Assembly (NCBI GenBank): GCA_002189035.1
Contig: NEEC01000002.1
Coordinates: forward strand, 1,178,001 to 1,242,000
Direction of reading: 5' to 3'
DNA length: 64,000 bases
Origin: Utricularia gibba
Taxonomy: Eukaryota; Plantae; Magnoliophyta
Shown here: positions 1-11,830 of the stretch, piece by piece
Numbering within the stretch: position 1 is the first letter of the stretch
Layout of the letters: the number at the start of each line of letters is the position of its first letter
Translations under genes and position numbers: made by a program
Notes under the pieces: generated by a model
The model's database searches: none
What the model saw: the letters and a program-made list of their open reading frames with translations, nothing else
Told to the model about the DNA's origin: nothing

Positions 1-492
1 ATAAGATGTTTTAAAATTTTTATTCTTTTTTAAAGTAAATAGCATATATTTGGAAGATAACAATTATTCTTGAAATATGAATTTTTTTACAAAAATTGTC
101 TATTTTATCAATCCACTTTTTTAAAAAAGTATTTAAATTAATGAACTTAATCAAATAAAAAAAGTTATAAAAATATTATTAAAGTGCATTTATGCAAGTA
201 TTTTAAAAAGGAAGGTGCCGTGCAGCTCCGTACTCCGTAGACTAGTCCCTAGTAGCTCCATAGCCGTGTGAAGGGTTAAGTAGGCTACGGCCCCGGAACG
301 ATAGCACAACGGTTTTTCAACGGCGGTGATACTCATTGGGTATTGCATGGACGCATGTATTTCTTCTGTCGCTCACGCCGGTGGACCGGAGATACTGAAA
401 CCGCCGTGCCGGCGAGCTCATGGGCTTGACCAAAGAAACGAAGATGATGTAAATGAATCAAATCGTGTATTCATCCTACATACAAACTAATC

Positions 493-936
493 TCAGTCAA
501 CAACAACCTTTCCAAAGTTCAGGAACATGTTTTCGGAAGGAGTCAAGTTCAAATCTATACAGAACGCTTTCTTCACCATCGGCGCCGCCTCCGTCGCCAC
601 CGTCAGAGCCAGCGGCAGCTGTATAGATTTCCCATCAACAATACTTTCCCTATGCCGCCGCATATGCCCACCTAAGGCTTGCCCCAAAGCGAACTCCAAC
701 CCACAAACCGAACACTCGTGAGTCTTCGGCTTCGGCGGCGACGGTGGCTGCTCCGCCGTCATTCTCGCCTTCTTGTGACTAGCCCGGTGACCCCCGAGCG
801 CCTGGAAAGATGAAAACTCCCGGTTACACGTCTTGCAGGTGAAGACACGGCCAGGGTCACCCCCCTGACGTGATAACAACATCAAGTAACCAGCCATCAG
901 AGCAGCATCATCGTCCGCACTCCTCTTGGCCGCCAT
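493..936 (-). CDS. C1-2i C2H2 zinc finger repressor (ZAT11/ZAT12-like)
   Basis: Intronless 147-aa ORF with two CxxC...QALGGH...H fingers, an N-terminal LMLLS L-box and a C-terminal EAR motif (DLNL). Confidence 0.95.
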   Translation of the reverse strand: MAAKRSADDDAALMAGYLMLLSRQGGDPGRVFTCKTCNREFSSFQALGGHRASHKKARMTAEQPPSPPKPKTHECSVCGLEFALGQALGGHMRRHRESIVDGKSIQLPLALTVATEAAPMVKKAFCIDLNLTPSENMFLNFGKVVVD

Positions 937-2069
937 GAAAATGAATCAGAGAATGAAACAAACAAACGAGGTGTGGCTGCAGAGAGAGAAGGAGATCTAG
1001 AGATACAAACATGTACAGATACATCAACATATATTGTACTTGGTGTATATAGGGAGAGGAGGTCAGAACGTAGCTGCACAATTTTTATTGCGAGCTGGAG
1101 AGATTGACTGGATACAAGTCCACCGAATTTGGCGATCGGAATGAAGAATCAATTCAATTCAACATAAACATGCTTTCCCTTTTTACACATGGGATCTAGC
1201 TCGGGCTACAACTAACAAACGAACCACCAATGATGCCGATGACTCGGCTTCTCTGGTCACCACAAACTCAAAAGTCAAACCTTACTTCCATTCTAATCCA
1301 ATGTATACATGAATAATAGTAAAGGCGCCACCTTTTTAAGTCAAACATTAAAATAGAAGCTGATACTTAGCAACAGTGATGCAAGTGATGAGGGGAGCAT
1401 GACGAAAGTGCTTACCAAATTGGGGAGGTAAAGATTCTCTCTTTATTACCCCAGTAAAAACATGTGCCTTCATCACATTTTACTAAGGTTTCAAGTCAAA
1501 CTAGAAAGCGTGTGGGGTGTCTTACTCGGTGAGTAGAAGGAATAAACAAAGAGTTCTTCTGGAACCCCAGAACCCGAAGCGGCATTCGGAGTTCACACGG
1601 CCATGGTGGTTGAACTGGTTAAAGGGACTTTTATCCATTACTCTTCAAGATCCATCAAGACTAAGAAAAGTAAGTTGCATGGGGACAAACGGTATGAATG
1701 CTGAGTGGAAGAAAAGAACACACAGCAAGGTTTGCATTATTGAATTGAATAATCGGATTACTGACTTGCGCGTTCATCGGGAAGTGGTTTCAGAATCTCC
1801 GCTTGAACGACTCTTATTTCTGCATCCAGGCCATACGTCCCTGCGAATCAGAATGGAACACTACCTGAAACTACATAGAAAATTACCCCGAAAAGAAGGC
1901 AGGGATGAACTTGGAGTTCTTCTCCCCAGACGATTAGGAACGAAGCGAACTACAATCCTTCATCCTCGAGAAGACAGGGATGCCTAGTTTTCCGGTTCGC
2001 ATTTGCCGGCGACGGAACGGCGCCAATGGAATGCACGAAAACTCCGTCCTCCCACGCCTCTCAGCAATC

Positions 2070-2240
2070 TCCAGGCCGCAGTGGGCCTTCTCTCGGACTT
2101 CCTATTAGCGATCTGTTACAAGGCCCAATCAATACCAACACGAGCCTTTGAACATGCGGTGCTTCTAGAAACAAAGCCCATTTGACCAGATCAGGGTTCC
2201 CATGGTGGGCCCCACACCGCGTCTTCATTCGGCCCACACG
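2070..2240. promoter_or_regulatory. Site II (TGGGCY/RGCCCA) element cluster
   Basis: Several GGCCCA/AGCCCA/TGGGCC copies within about 170 bp, typical of plant core promoters. Confidence 0.5.
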
Positions 2241-2325
2241 CTTTTTGGGCATCTTTACAACTAATGCACATCATGCACATCCCGTAACACTCCACATGAG
2301 GCATGCATATGATTCATGGTCCCCC

Positions 2326-2370
2326 ATCCCACATCGTAATTTAAAATTTTATAATATATAACTTATAAAT
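2326..2370 (+). promoter_or_regulatory. Plant snRNA-type USE + TATA promoter
   Basis: ATCCCACATCG at 2326-2336 is an exact match to the USE consensus RTCCCACATCG. TTATAAAT starts at 2363 (26-nt spacer, Pol III-like). Confidence 0.55.
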
Positions 2371-2821
2371 TCTCGATCGGTTACTGGATTGCCAATCGCC
2401 TCCATGCACAATAACTTCCCACATTTGGAAGCCTCCATTACAGAATCAGGACGCCCCACTTGCACACCATTGCCTATCGGGTCGACGTGGCTGTGGGTGC
2501 CCCGGCACAACACGACGCCACGTGTGCAGACATGCCACTGACGCACGAGCACGCATCATCCCTACCTGGCAAGCTCCTTTCTGGAGTGTCCAATTTAATA
2601 TAATTATTTAAAATACTGAATAATCAAATAGTTATATTTTCAGATCATCAATTTTGTATTTTTATGTTAGTATTCAAGTTATTTTGGTAGTATATTAATT
2701 TCATCCATTTCATGTGATAAAATTTATAACGGAAGTAGCTTTTGTGCAAGTGCAAGACCATAAAATATGGAGTGGGACTGCAGAAAAAGAGAAAGTGAAA
2801 TAACATGGTTGAAGGCACGCT

Positions 2822-3460
2822 TTAATGAGCTACGGCGGACGGAGGCGCGTGAGGTATGCTTCTCTGTTTCGGGACGGCGAGCATCGCCGTGTGGTCGATG
2901 AAATCCTTGAGGTCCACCACCGTCTGCAGAATCGTCTTCAGATCATCGACGCAGCCGAATCGGCAATTTCCGACTCGTCTCACGGCGTAGACGTAGAACG
3001 TGATGCATCCTTTTCTGAACTTGAATCGCGCCATTTCGGTTCCTACCAGGCCTCTGATCAGCTTCTTGTTCACTTCCCCCAACGCGATCTCCATCGGCCA
3101 CTGGCGCTCCGCGGAGGCCTTCATCGCCTCCGATTCGAACACGAATACCACAATTTTGGAGGTTTTCGTGCCCAAACCTAGCGTGAGTGTGTGCCAGGCT
3201 TTGTGAGCCAGGATTGTGAAATTCGTAGGGATGAAGGCGGAGGTAGATGAGAAGGATGACTGGGCGTGTGGCAGCGAAATAAGGCGGAGCAATTCGGGGG
3301 TACGTGCTCGCCGGACTGTGAATGATTTGACAATGAATTGTCCGCCGAATCGGAGGCCTTTCACATCGGAGGAAGGCTTGAATGAGAAATCGGCGGCCGG
3401 CTTTGACGGTTTTCCATTAGATTTACTCTTGTTTTTCTTCTTTTTGCTGTTCTCCTCCAT
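2822..3460 (-). CDS. Conserved plant protein of unknown function (intronless)
   Basis: Within the 240-aa ORF; likely start is MEENSKKK at 3460. Contains blocks LRFGGQFIVKSFTVRR, TNFTILAHKAWHTLTLGLGT and RFKFRKGCITFYVYAVR that I recall from an uncharacterised plant family. Confidence 0.75.
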   Translation of the reverse strand: MEENSKKKKNKSKSNGKPSKPAADFSFKPSSDVKGLRFGGQFIVKSFTVRRARTPELLRLISLPHAQSSFSSTSAFIPTNFTILAHKAWHTLTLGLGTKTSKIVVFVFESEAMKASAERQWPMEIALGEVNKKLIRGLVGTEMARFKFRKGCITFYVYAVRRVGNCRFGCVDDLKTILQTVVDLKDFIDHTAMLAVPKQRSIPHAPPSAVAH

Positions 3461-4231
3461 GTCGACGACGGTGGCGAGTGACGAGTATAACAGATTTGGC
3501 GATGGATGACAATGGAGGTGGTGGGGTGAGAGGAGACACCTCAAATGTAGATGACGAAGTGAGCTGTCTCTGTCTCAGGGACTTTATTGTATTTAATGAT
3601 TTATTATTATTTTCCCTTAAATGCTCCACTCTAACGTTTGATTTTCTCGAATTATTAATAATTAATTATCATTAACTAGATTTATAATCACTATTAATTA
3701 CGAAAAGATTAATTCATCAAAAATTGAATTCATTTTATTAAAAAATATATTTGAATAATTAATATGTAACTGCAACTGCAACTGCGAAGAACCATTGGAA
3801 ACTGCACAACCAGGATCTTGTCATCGATGAAAATGGTCGCCGGTTTTTGTACGGATGGAACTGGCTCATCGCTTAAGCTCTATCTTCACGGTGGCCGGTA
3901 TCGTGAATCATCTTTTGTAGCTCATGTGTTTTTTTTTTCATCAGGAGATGTCAGTTGTCTTGTTTGGGATTATTTAATTTTTTGAGAATTCAACGATGGG
4001 GTGACTGACATTTGACCCGCCGGCAGGGTGTGGTGGCATTCCTCGGTCATTCTGCATCACAAAAAAAAAAAGGCCGAATTGAGTTTTATTGGTACTGGTT
4101 CTCCTTCGCTGGATTCTCGGTTTATCTGGATCCGCTCGTCTCTGGCTATAGAGGTGGTGTAGAGAGATCCAGATTTTCATACCATATTTTCTGATACTGG
4201 GTTTCTTCTATTGTCGACGCTTTGTTGAGGG

Positions 4232-5992
4232 ATGGCGCAAATATTCCCTCCTGGATTGGGGACTCTCCTCCATCTCCAACAGGGTTGCATCAATAGGCCG
4301 CCGCTGCCCAAGGTTCAGTCACTTGCTGATGTGATTTCCTTTTCTCCGAGTGGCTCCATCCAATCCCGTATACCTATTTCTTGATCGAGTTGGGTTGCTT
4401 TTGTTTGATATGAACTTGGCGTGTTGATTTATGCTTTTTCTTGATTTCATGGATTGGTGTTTCAGGACTTGAACCATTTTCTCCTTCATCAGAGTCCTTA
4501 TCTGGATTTGGCGAATCCACATACTATTGATCTAGGTCTACAGAGGCAAGAAGAGTATTTGTTGACTAGTAGCAGGTTATTGGAGTGTAATAAATTGATG
4601 ATGATGGATTCAAGCACCAGAAGTTCACCGCTTGCTGATGTTCAAGGTTTGCTTCTTCCCCACAGCACCCAAGTTGTGTTTTTCGTGATGCTGAAATGAT
4701 GAGATCCCGTTTTTGTTGCCCTTGTCTGCTTTGTGATGTTAGCTGTAGAAGTTTGCTTATGTGAATTCATGTCGATAAGATCATGAAGAGTGTCGTGATG
4801 GGAGTTGTTTTGAAGGCAGGCACCCAACTGGAAATACTTCTATTTAGCCTTCAAGTTGCGAAACAGTGCAGCAGACAGGAGAGCATATTGAATTTGCTGG
4901 CATCTGGGTCCAAGGATAGAAAAAGCATGCGAGATCTTCTCTTCGATTTGGGCTCTCGAAAACCGTCCCTACATCTTTCGTTGCCATCTTCTGATTCAAA
5001 CCCGAGTCATTGGTCTTTTACAGATGCTGAATCTGAATGGATGTCACTTGCATACCCTACCAGGGAGCTCTACTTTAATGACCATTCTCTGGAAACATGT
5101 AACTGTATGGAAAGCTTTTTTCTTCACCCCGATGGCCGACATATGCGTAATTACTCTGAGAGTGAAGGGCATAATCTTCATGCCCTGCTTTCTGCATTCT
5201 CCGAGCTTCAGGTGCCCAAAGCCACAGTGAACAAGTCCAGTAATCTGACGATGTTGGTTCCCTACTTTGAGAGGTGTCATCCCTTAATCCTTATTCACGC
5301 ACATTTCAGTTGATCATGCCATTCAAAACGTGTCTGCTTCTGCTTGTCAGTCGGAGAAGTTCAAGGTCCAAGAAGGATGTTACATCAAGCATCAAGTCTG
5401 CAAAAACAAAAAAGGCCAAGAGGGAAGCAAGAATGTGAGTGCTTAAAATGAACGTTTATCCTCCATGTGCTGCTTCAAACATCTTATCATGTATTTGCTG
5501 CGTGTCTGTCACAGCATGGAGAAGAAGCCTGCAAGTGCTAGAACCAGTAAAGGTAGTGAGGCCTACCCCGAAACCTATCTCCACGCGTGCGACTGCCTTC
5601 TTTCTCTAATCGTTCATCAAAAGCAGCCGGACAAAAGTGCAATACACTCACTGAAGAAATCTGGCTCTCAGATGCTGATAGATTTTACAGCCGCCATTGC
5701 CGGTGCCGGCATTGCTGTTCTTCTCACAGTTTTCTATGCAGTAATGGGTAGAGGCCTGCCACTCTGCTACCCCAGAATTCTGAGCGCTGGATTCGGATTG
5801 GGACTTGTTTGGCTCTCTTCCGCCCTTAACAAGCTGAGAGGTACTCTAATGTCCATCTGCAAATCTTCTGGTGACGCGGGTGGTGGTCTAGAGAAGTCGA
5901 TAAGGGTCCATTTGGACAGGAATGTGAAGGATATATGCTCCCGAGCAGCAGCTCTCATGGCCATTGCCTTCCTCGCAATCTGTCTGATTTGA
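4232..5992 (+). CDS. Multi-exon conserved plant protein of unknown function with two C-terminal hydrophobic segments
   Basis: ATG at 4232 (MAQIFPPGLG...). Joinable exons with GT-AG ends at about 4467-4672, 4850-5270 and 5350-5434, plus a last exon to 5992 encoding FTAAIAGAGIAVLLTV and GFGLGLVWLSSAL. Confidence 0.75.
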
Positions 5993-6191
5993 CTCGTTTT
6001 GTTTACTTTTTTTGCATGATTCACAGACTTGTGGTATATCTGAGCTTGTGTATAATCTTCAGCAACCTTAGATATGAGAATTTACAGGTTTTGTAATCTA
6101 AAATCTTGTAACAAGTTGCTTCTGCTGTACCACAAGACATGCATTACAACAAGGAAAGTCTGTCTTGCAGCGAGTCCAGAATCTGAAAAGG

Positions 6192-7379
<1,188 letters not shown>

Positions 7380-8291
7380 TTTCTAACAAATTCAAAAGCT
7401 CCGCATCGCATCCAATGGACCAATTCCGCCCCCGAAGTCACCTCACCCGAATCTTCGATTGTTTTCTTCCCTGAAAAAAGAAAAAAAAAAAAAAACCAAA
7501 ACAAAGTGATTGGGAGGCTTGGGCCCGTGGATCTTTTCCTTTTAGCAATCGGGCCTGTCGATAAAAGAATTTATTGAATAATTAATAAATTGAATCACTC
7601 TTTGAAAATAATAAATTGAATTCGAATTTATTATTTATTATATCGAATTGAACAACTTTATAAAAAAATTTTGAAAATTTAAAAATCCTTGACGAGAATT
7701 TAAAAATAATTTTTCAAGATTCAAATTTTTAAAATGAATTTAAATAAAAAATACTTAAATTCAATTCAATATTTTATAAAAAGAATTTCATTAAAACTAA
7801 TAACTTGAGATTGAATTCGTTTCAAAACAGGGCTGTTAAAAATTGATGGATCGGGTATTCGGGTCGGTAGATTATGCGGATGGAATCGGAGTGAACGCAT
7901 TATTTATGTATTTATTTATTTTTAATATAGAATGTCGAACGTGGAATTACGGAGGTAGGGAGTAGGAACCCGAAAAAGTGTGCCGGAGGCCCATGAGGGA
8001 ACGGGCCCCGTCCGAGCCTAGTCACCATCCGCCACGTAGGCTCGGAAGACCGTTGAAACCCCATCTGCTCCTGCTTCTTCTTCTCACTGCGCAGATCACA
8101 TAAATTATGAAGAGAAAACACGAAATCATGACGCCCTTTGTGTTGTAGTTTCCCCGTTGGCGCTCTGTCTGTATATATACAATAAGAGGTCCTTCTGGGC
8201 TGTTCTGATTTCCCAACGGTTGCCTACAAATCTTCCTTTGCTCTTTTCCTCCATTGCTGATACTCCCTTTGGATTCTTGTTTCTGTACGCA

Positions 8292-9509
8292 ATGAAAATG
8301 GCGAGAGCAAGGATCAGAGCTCTTTACAGGCTTCTAGTTTTCTCCCATTTCATCTTCTTGTTTCAACGCTGCGCTGGTATACTGAACCCCATGGACTTTC
8401 TGGCACTCCAGGCCATCAAAAAGAGCTTGCACGATTTACCGGGATCTCTGTTTTTCGCTTCATGGGACTTCATTTCCGAGCCCTGTGACTTCTCCGGGGT
8501 GTACTGCGATGGCGATAGGGTTATCGCGCTTAATCTCGGTGATTCTCGGGCTGGGTCTCCTGGTTTGACAGGCCGAATTGATCCAGCAATCGGGAGGTTA
8601 ACAGCTCTATCGGAACTCACCATCGTCCCTGGCCGGATTTTCGGGGCGTTACCGGAGAGTTTTTCGGAGTTGAGATCGCTTAGATTTTTAGTCATCAAGG
8701 GGAATCTCATCTCCGGGAAAATTCCGGCGGGTTTGGGAGAGCTTCAGCTGCTGGAAACTCTTGATTTGAGCTCCAATCGCTTGTCTGGGATCATCCCATC
8801 CTCCATCGGAATCCTACCGGCGTTATCCAATCTCATCGTTTCTCACAACAATCTGAGCGGCTCAGTTCCCCGGTTCATCTCCGAGTCACTAACCCGTCTT
8901 GATTTGTCGCACAACAATCTCACAGGTTCACTTCCGCCGTATGGTCTTCCTGCGTCCCTCCGGTACTTATCCTTGTCCTGGAACCGTCTCTACGGTCCCG
9001 TCGACCGAGTCTTATCCTCTTTAAACCAGCTAAACTACGCGGACCTCAGTTCGAACCGGTTCTCCGGTCGAATCCCTGCTGCTCTGTTCAGCTTCCCCTT
9101 ACAGAGCCTCCAGCTTCAAAGAAACCAGCTGTATGGGCAAGTCGCCCCAGCCGATCTGGTGACGATTCCGACGGTGGACCTGAGCTTCAACCGGTTCTAC
9201 GGCGAAATTTCGCCCATGTTCTCGACGGTTCAGAATCTGTATCTCAACAACAACCGTTTCAGCGGCCAGGTCCCAAGCTGCTTGGTGCAGAAATTGCTGG
9301 ATTCCAATCTACAGACGCTCTACCTACAGCACAATTTCTTAACCGGGATCCAGATTAATCCGGCGGTGGAGATTCCCCAGAGCTCCTCCTTGTGCTTGTA
9401 CTACAACTGCTTGGTGCTTCCGCTGGACACCCCTTGCCCCTGGAAAGCTGGCCGTGATAGGGCAAGGCCGCTCTCACAGTGCACCTCAGTGGAAAGGGTA
9501 AAACCGTAA
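8292..9509 (+). CDS. Extracellular leucine-rich repeat protein (no kinase domain), intronless
   Basis: Signal peptide from M at 8292, LRRNT (DFLALQAIK...WDF..PC.F.GVYC), about 10 plant-type LxxLxLxxNxLxGxIP repeats and a C-terminal Cys cap. Confidence 0.93.
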   Translation: MKMARARIRALYRLLVFSHFIFLFQRCAGILNPMDFLALQAIKKSLHDLPGSLFFASWDFISEPCDFSGVYCDGDRVIALNLGDSRAGSPGLTGRIDPAIGRLTALSELTIVPGRIFGALPESFSELRSLRFLVIKGNLISGKIPAGLGELQLLETLDLSSNRLSGIIPSSIGILPALSNLIVSHNNLSGSVPRFISESLTRLDLSHNNLTGSLPPYGLPASLRYLSLSWNRLYGPVDRVLSSLNQLNYADLSSNRFSGRIPAALFSFPLQSLQLQRNQLYGQVAPADLVTIPTVDLSFNRFYGEISPMFSTVQNLYLNNNRFSGQVPSCLVQKLLDSNLQTLYLQHNFLTGIQINPAVEIPQSSSLCLYYNCLVLPLDTPCPWKAGRDRARPLSQCTSVERVKP

Positions 9510-9647
9510 AGTGTCACGCAGGGACTAATCTCTTGTACGTTTCTTCTATTCTTTATTTATTTTTGTAATTAAACGTTTTTACAGGGACCTGAAATTAATA
9601 AAATATAAGATTAAAATAAATGATTCCCATTTTCTCCAAAATCAAAA

Positions 9648-9969
9648 TCAACCTCCCGTCGGCGACCTCTGATTTCGCAAGGATTCATGGCCTGCGTAGC
9701 AAGAGTAGGAAGAGGTAGCCGCGAGCTTGCGCTTCACAGGATCTGGTAATGGAGGCAACCGGAGTAGATCTCCTTCCGTTTCGATGGGGTCCGATCTCAG
9801 AATCTGCACAGAAACGCCGCCGCGAAAAATAAAAGTAAAGCAATGAAGCTATTGGTAGAGGAAGACATGTGCGATGGATGCTTACGGGATCTTGGAGCAG
9901 CGGCTTGGAGTCGTCCTTCGCGGGCCTGAATTCTGGTTTCCGTTTTCCGCCGTCACTCTGCTGCTTCAT
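9648..9969 (-). CDS. Small two-exon conserved plant protein (79 aa)
   Basis: Exon 9886-9969 (28 codons), an 82-nt GT-AG intron, then exon 9648-9803. Gives RPAKDDSKPLLQDP-ILRSDPIETEGDLLRLPPLP, a motif I recall from small uncharacterised plant proteins. Confidence 0.75.
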
Positions 9970-10559
9970 CTTCAAAATTTCCGGCACAAGACGTCGGCGT
10001 TCACCTAAATTTTGGACGCTGCAAATCTGATTAATGGGCTTTTCAGGTAGGTGTATTGGAGTGATGCTGGACTTTGTTTTAACGAGCCCATTTAATAATT
10101 TGAACCCGGCCCATGACCCAAACCGTGAAGAAGAAGAGTATATAAATGATGGAAAGTGCAGGGGGCAGGAGACTTCGCTCGTTTTCTGGTGTTGAATCGC
10201 GTAGGATTGTAGCTGCTCGGAGATACTTGATTCGTACAGTTTTTTCTCCGATCGCCGCCGCTGTTGGTTCAGTTCGTGGTGTGGTGGTTTCGTGGAGCGT
10301 ATTGTATAGATCATTTCGTTTTTCCTAGTTTTCGCCTCTTGATCTTTTGAGTCCATCGGACATTGTTTTTCTTCTTAAGTGCTTGGAAAGTTCAGCGATG
10401 ATAACATCGAGGAGGCAACATGCGAAACTTGATTTTTCTCAGGTTAAGGTGAGAATTGAGTGAAGAGTTCTTCAAAGCAATTTTACCAGATACAGTATAT
10501 TGATCCCGATTCCCAAGTAGGTAGAACCTACGACTGTGGACGTCTTTGTGAAATACTGG

Positions 10560-10995
10560 TCGCATTTTGCTCCCGCTGGCTACTACTTCATCCCGGTGTA
10601 TGAGTAGTAGCCGTTAGTAGCATTTTCTGAAAGGGAGATACTGTTTCTTGAGCTTCAACCACATCAACTGGAAGTTACTCATTTTTAAGCATCATGTCAG
10701 GCTTTACTGCTTCTGCATTTGCTCTCCCCTTCCTGTTTCTTTGTATCCTTCATCTTCTACCAGTGCTGGCTGACCTATTTCTGGTGTGACCGATAGAGAT
10801 AATTGTATGCCGTCCGTTCTTGTATTGCTTCATCATGATATCCTTTCTGTGACAGATTCAGTTCCTTGTATCATCGAGTTCATCAATGAACTTGCCATGA
10901 TCTGGTTTGTCGATACGACTCATTTCAGTGAAGCGAACGCAAGCAGTTTCGTATGGAGTACGCTAATGAGTAGGGGGTTAGAGGAAACAAGATTC
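10560..10995 (+). ncRNA. Candidate tandem H/ACA snoRNA-like hairpin cluster
   Basis: TATA at about 10139. Hairpins GGCTACTAC/GTAGTAGCC, AGTTCAT/ATGAACT and ACTCAT/ATGAGT. ANANNA boxes at 10797 (AGATAA) and 10913 (ATACGA). ACA triplets at about 10852 and 10987. No long ORF. Confidence 0.35.
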
Positions 10996-11044
10996 CCTGG
11001 AGATTGAGTTAACAACGGGGTACAAGTAGAATGAGAAATGGATG

Positions 11045-11670
11045 TCATTTGGGTAGAGGCGGATGAACTATCAAGCCGATTATCCACAGCAGGATGGACC
11101 CAACGATCCAACAGATTGCCGCAAAGACGATCAGACCAGCGAGAATGGTGAGAAATGGCGGACTCGAAGACGAATCGTCTCTGGTATTTGTTTCATTCTG
11201 ATCATCTGTGTTTGATGCAGATGCAGAAGGCTTATTCCGCTCCAAAACCACTACTACGCCCGTCATAATCCTGGAAAACCAATCAGCAGCGCAGGTCACC
11301 ACATCCACAAGTGAATCAGGCATTACATTTGAAATTTGGCACCGTGGAAGATGTACATTCTCTTTCAAGAAGCTAACAAGCTCGAACTCTAGCCAACCGT
11401 ATGTTATTTTTTTAATTCAATCAAAAACATTGAATTACGCTTGGAAAAGATGGGTAAACGCAACTGGGGTGAAAAACTGAAGATTTTAAGCACGGATTAC
11501 CCTGAATTGAGATCTCGTACAACATAACGGCGCCCAAAGGAGAGGTATCCAGGGTGCATTCCGGCATAGGGGCGTCGGCGGGCGCTGCTGGACGAATAAG
11601 TGTGGAGAGACGCCGATGAAGTTCCCCGGAGGAAATCAAGCTTGCACAGAGCTGATGCCGCCGCCATCAT
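11045..11670 (-). CDS. Small protein with plastid-type transit peptide and C-terminal transmembrane segment
   Basis: ATG at 11670 (MMAAASALCKLDFLRGTSSASLH..., Ser/Arg-rich). Intron from about 11500 to 11380. C-terminus SPPFLTILAGLIVFAAICWIVGSILLWIIGLIVHPPLPK. Confidence 0.65.
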
Positions 11671-11748
11671 ATCTGAACCGTGTTGCTAGGAGTGAGATTT
11701 GAAGGGAAGAAGGATAAATATTTACGGGAAAGTTCGGCTTCAACAAGC

Positions 11749-11830
11749 GTCGCTTTGGCCGAGTGGTTAAGGCGTGTGCCTGCTAAGTACATGGGGTTTC
11801 CCCGCGAGAGTTCGAATCTCTCAGGCGACG
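11749..11830 (+). tRNA. tRNA-Ser(GCT)
   Basis: 82 nt. GTCGCTT/AGGCGAC acceptor stem, A box TGGCCGAGTGG, anticodon loop CTGCTAA, long variable arm GGGG-TTT-CCCC, B box GTTCGAATC, downstream T-run. Confidence 0.97.

Noticed and set aside
2825-3181. 118-aa plus-strand ORF (and similar ORFs at 8363-8710, 22426-22794, 29436-29759 and 57691-57999)
   Set aside because: Antisense shadows of real GC-rich coding exons, with no recognisable motifs.
9685-10356. 223-aa minus-strand ORF
   Set aside because: Chance read-through of promoter and intron sequence; only the 9886-9969 part is coding in this frame.
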